A stretch of DNA of 63,973 nt, counting the filler, from Circinaria calcarea (taxonomy: Eukaryota), in assembly GCA_051942165.1 (NCBI GenBank). It is 3 parts of 3 records of this genome, joined end to end, with 100 filler letters (N's around TTAATTAATTAA, not from the genome) between each part and the next. Parts side by side here need not be neighbours in the genome. Positions count along the whole stretch, not along the records: positions 45,744 to 63,973 come from JAVECS010000240.1; 2 more parts are not named here. One strand, 5' to 3'. How positions within the stretch are numbered: the stretch's first letter is position 1; each line of letters begins with the position of its first letter. Below are positions 60,565 through 63,973 of the stretch, piece by piece. The position numbers and the translations under genes are program-made. The notes beneath the pieces were generated by a model. That model ran no database searches. It saw only the letters and a program-made list of their open reading frames with translations, and was not told the origin of the DNA.

Positions 60565-61647
60565 ATGATGGACAGCGGTATACCGCAGGATGAAAATCTA
60601 TCCGTCAACCCAGATATCGATTCCAGGTCAATCACCGCGGTCAATTCTCCGTCCACCCCCTTGAAATCTAGAAAGTTCGACGAACTACCTCCTGCCTCTG
60701 CTGGAAACGCTTCCTCGCACTCGACTTCCTGGGGAATTTTCTTATTACAACTACCATTGTAATGCTGCTACTTGCCCTGCAGTGGGGCGGTACCACATAC
60801 GCTTGGGATTCGGCGCGAGTCATCGGCCTACTAATCGGAGTGGGGGTTGAGGGACTGCCTTTTCTTGGGTTGGGAGTGTTCTCGTGGCGTGGACGCTGTG
60901 ATACCTCTAAGTATTATTAGCCAGAGATGAGTTGCTGCCAGCTTTGGAATGTCATTTTGCCTCGCCGGTGCTACCCTGATTCATTCATATTATCTTCCTT
61001 ATTCGTTCCAGGCTGCCAGGAGCCGGTCAGCAGTGGAGTCCGCTGTGGACGTCGTTCCTTATGTAGCAAGTATATTTGTCCTAGCAATGCTTTCTGGAAT
61101 CGTTACCAAAACTGGTTATTTTACGCCACCGGCGCTGGTTGGGGCTTTGGTGAGCACTATTGGCTGCGGGCTACTAGGTAGCCTTCGATTGGATACACCC
61201 ACAGCTAGATGGACTGGTTATAAAACACTCGCAGCCAGTGGTATCGGCATGGCAAGTCAGCATTGAGTAGTGGCGGCACAAGCTGTTTTGCCAGCCAAAC
61301 ATCTTGCCATTGGTTCAACATTAATTATCTTCTCGTAGAGCTTATCCGGCGCCGTATTCGTCTCTGTTAGTAACAGTTTATTACGCAATGAGCTCTTGAA
61401 AGGTTTCAAGCAGGCGGAGCTTCTCGGCGTGGACATATCTAAGCTTCTGGAGGTTGGTGCCACAGAGATCAAAGCGTTGGTACTAGTGCAGCAGCTACCA
61501 ACCATACTAGGTGTGTATAATAATGCGCTGGATAAGATAATTGCTGTTGCGATACCCCTGGCAGGACTAGGGGTTTTCTACGCATTGTTTATGCAGTGGA
61601 GGAGGTTGGAAGCAAAGGGTATTCCTGGTGAAGATACTCCTGCGTGA
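60565..61647 (+). pseudogene. MFS drug:H+ antiporter (DHA2, AflT/GliA-like) pseudogene
   Basis: LQWGGTTYAWDSARVIGLL, TKTGYFTPP, AAQAVLP, VYNNALDK, MQWRRL. In-frame stops at 61264-61266 and 61336-61338, frameshifts, and the N-terminal TM half is missing. Confidence 0.85.
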
Positions 61648-63973
61648 AATTCTCTTAGGGCGCACCGATCAGACATTTGGGCACCTAGAAAAGTCTCTTG
61701 CTTCTGGAGCATTTTCATTAGCTGCTCATAAAAGGCAATCACGCACACCATCAAGCGTGAGGATAGTATAGGAACTGACCCAATAAAACAAACTGTCTTC
61801 TTACGCTGAGCATTAGCTTGCAGAAAATGCCCTAATACCTGCGCCCGGACAAATGAGCCTGTAGCTTACGAAAAGGTAGGTGTTTCGCGACCTACTTATT
61901 GCAAAAGAAAAGTACCTAGTCTGATGCATTCTGTCATCACATAGTGCTTGCATAGTCTCTCAGTCTCGATGATTGAGTCGTCGGGAGAAAGCAGTAGTGA
62001 AAGGTGATGCTTCTGATGGACCATCCAGCAAGTCTGCATGACCATGCTGTATAACTGGCGTAGCTGAAGGGGGTCGGCTGGCGGTAAAAGAAGACCTGGC
62101 TTAAGGAGGCTTAAAGTGGCGAGCTGGAAAATAAAATCGTCGTGGCATGATATTAGGTGCTCAAGGTATGAAGGTAATAGGCCTGATATGTGAGCATCCC
62201 ATCCTTCTCTCCTTCTAACTATAGAGGCAAGTGTTGGGCAGCAGAATGTATGGTGGTATTTCTACCTAAGTATGTAACTAAAGAACTATCTATGCTACGA
62301 AAAAGTGCTTTTATGGTATGTGGAAGTGTTAAGCATGGACCTCCTAAGCAACACATGCCTCGGTAAGCCCTATGACTTCCAACAGCAAGGAAGTACTTAA
62401 GGTGACCCTTCTTCCTGCAGTCCGAAACAGAATGCACAATGACCTTACCTATGCTGTTGCTGGCAAAAATTGTAACATTCGAGGGTGTGGAGGCCTTCAG
62501 GCAGAGTTCTTATGGACATCTAATACGTCCACTAAGACCGCGTCAAGGGTACTTGATAAAAGCCCGACCATGCTATGGGCGGTATGATGATAGCAGAGGC
62601 CATCCCCCACCATAAGTTTGAGCGCCCATGGAACGTCAATCTATGGATTGAATTGCAAGAGCAGCGAAGGAGACCAGAGGCAGGATATGGGGAGGATGAG
62701 GAAAGAAACTATAAGGAATGTCAGATACAGGAATGTGCTCCGTTCAACAAGCTTGCCAAGGAGTAATACGTCAAGTTCGACATAGCCCGAGGGGTTGACG
62801 CTGAGAATGGAATGCTAAAAGGAGATGGACTACCAGACCATACTATTCAATTGCAAGAAATATCACAGTGACAAAGGCAAAGAAGCGGGGAGGAGAACAT
62901 TATCACCAAACCAAAGACATGTTGGGAAGAAGATACTACCAACAGAGATTAACTCCGACCCACCATTGTATACATACAAGCAGTCCCTTCCCCTTATAAA
63001 CCTAGACGTAGAGACATATGTAAAGCTCTCCATCAAACCTACCGTATCACGTACAGCCTGGCAGGCTGAAATCTCTGCGTGAGGGATCAATCAAGTTGCT
63101 CGCACCCGAAACCTATTATAAATTTATACCCCACAACTCGAAATCGCGTAGGGAATTGTGCAATAAGATTCACCATAGAGTGCTGAGCAGTTATCGAAAA
63201 AAGGTAGAGACTAATCTGTTCAGCAGAGGCAGCGCAAATAATATCAATATAATCCATATGATTTGCTGTCGGGGGAAGGAGTGATGATTAGCCGAGCCCT
63301 CGGTCCGATAAGGGTAATCTCCGCCGATAATCCCCCGCACTGGAGGAACACCTGTAAATTCTTTATATATTCAAATAAAATTCTTCAATTCAAGTTCCTA
63401 TACGATGCACGTGCCTGCGTGGCGGTGAGGTTATCTTTCCATTTACCGCAGTCTTCGGCTAATCCCCATTGTAGCAGTGGTAACGCGGTACGTGGGTTCG
63501 ATTCACCATGTCGAGTAATTGATCTGATGTGAAGTAGTCGCACTTGTAATGCGAAGATCCCTAGGTAAATGCTCACAGAATTGACTTGTTGTATTGACAG
63601 CTGACCGTGATACGAGTTCAATTCTGTAAATTACGCCAATTCTCGTAATTTATTCCTATTCTAATATGACATTCAGGGGCGGAGGCAATTATCCACTGGG
63701 AATTTCCAATTTTTTATTTTTAATCATACTATGTGTGGATCACGTGTCTTGCTACCCGTTCGGCTACTGCTTTGCCTATCGGAAAATATGGCACTACAGT
63801 ACAATATCTCAGTTTACCAGGCTGCAATAGTGTACAAGGAGAACAACTTTTATGGATTTATATTACATCTTACTTTGTGCTGCTTCCTAACACACAACTA
63901 CAAATTCTACTCAAACAGTATAAAGCAGAATGGTATCTCAAATAACACCCCCTCACCAAATGCCGCTATGCCA

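Noticed and set aside
62370..63290. Short ORFs that might be a Tc1/mariner transposase relic
   Set aside because: Only vague resemblance; no DDE motif or TIRs could be identified.

Overview
Filamentous-ascomycete (Pezizomycotina) genomic DNA made of three contigs joined by artificial 100-nt N-TTAATTAATTAA-N linkers (22937-23036, 45644-45743), so adjacency across the linkers is not evidence of synteny. Segment 1 (1-22936) is an accessory, transposon-rich region. It holds a RIP-damaged Helitron (with a solo LTR inserted in its helicase) and a compact candidate immunity/cell-death cluster: an intronless TPR-repeat CHAT protease with nine near-identical 45-aa repeats, a convergent intronless caspase-like (peptidase C14) gene with one frameshift, and a divergently transcribed DUF6594-like membrane protein. 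Copia and Ginger-like remnants follow, then a divergent SNF2 ATPase bracketed by ATCCT(G/A)AC repeat arrays. Segment 2 (23037-45643) is a housekeeping block (COG1, GPI13, GH43, LYS4, secreted protein, SER1, FAD oxidoreductase, CRT10-like, CAX4) ending in a 1-kb TIR element. Segment 3 (45744-63973) has the 3' end of ATP12, F-box and SF1-helicase pseudogenes and a partly decayed P450/PTH11-like/P450/MFS group. All family assignments come from motif recognition by eye; no searches were run.
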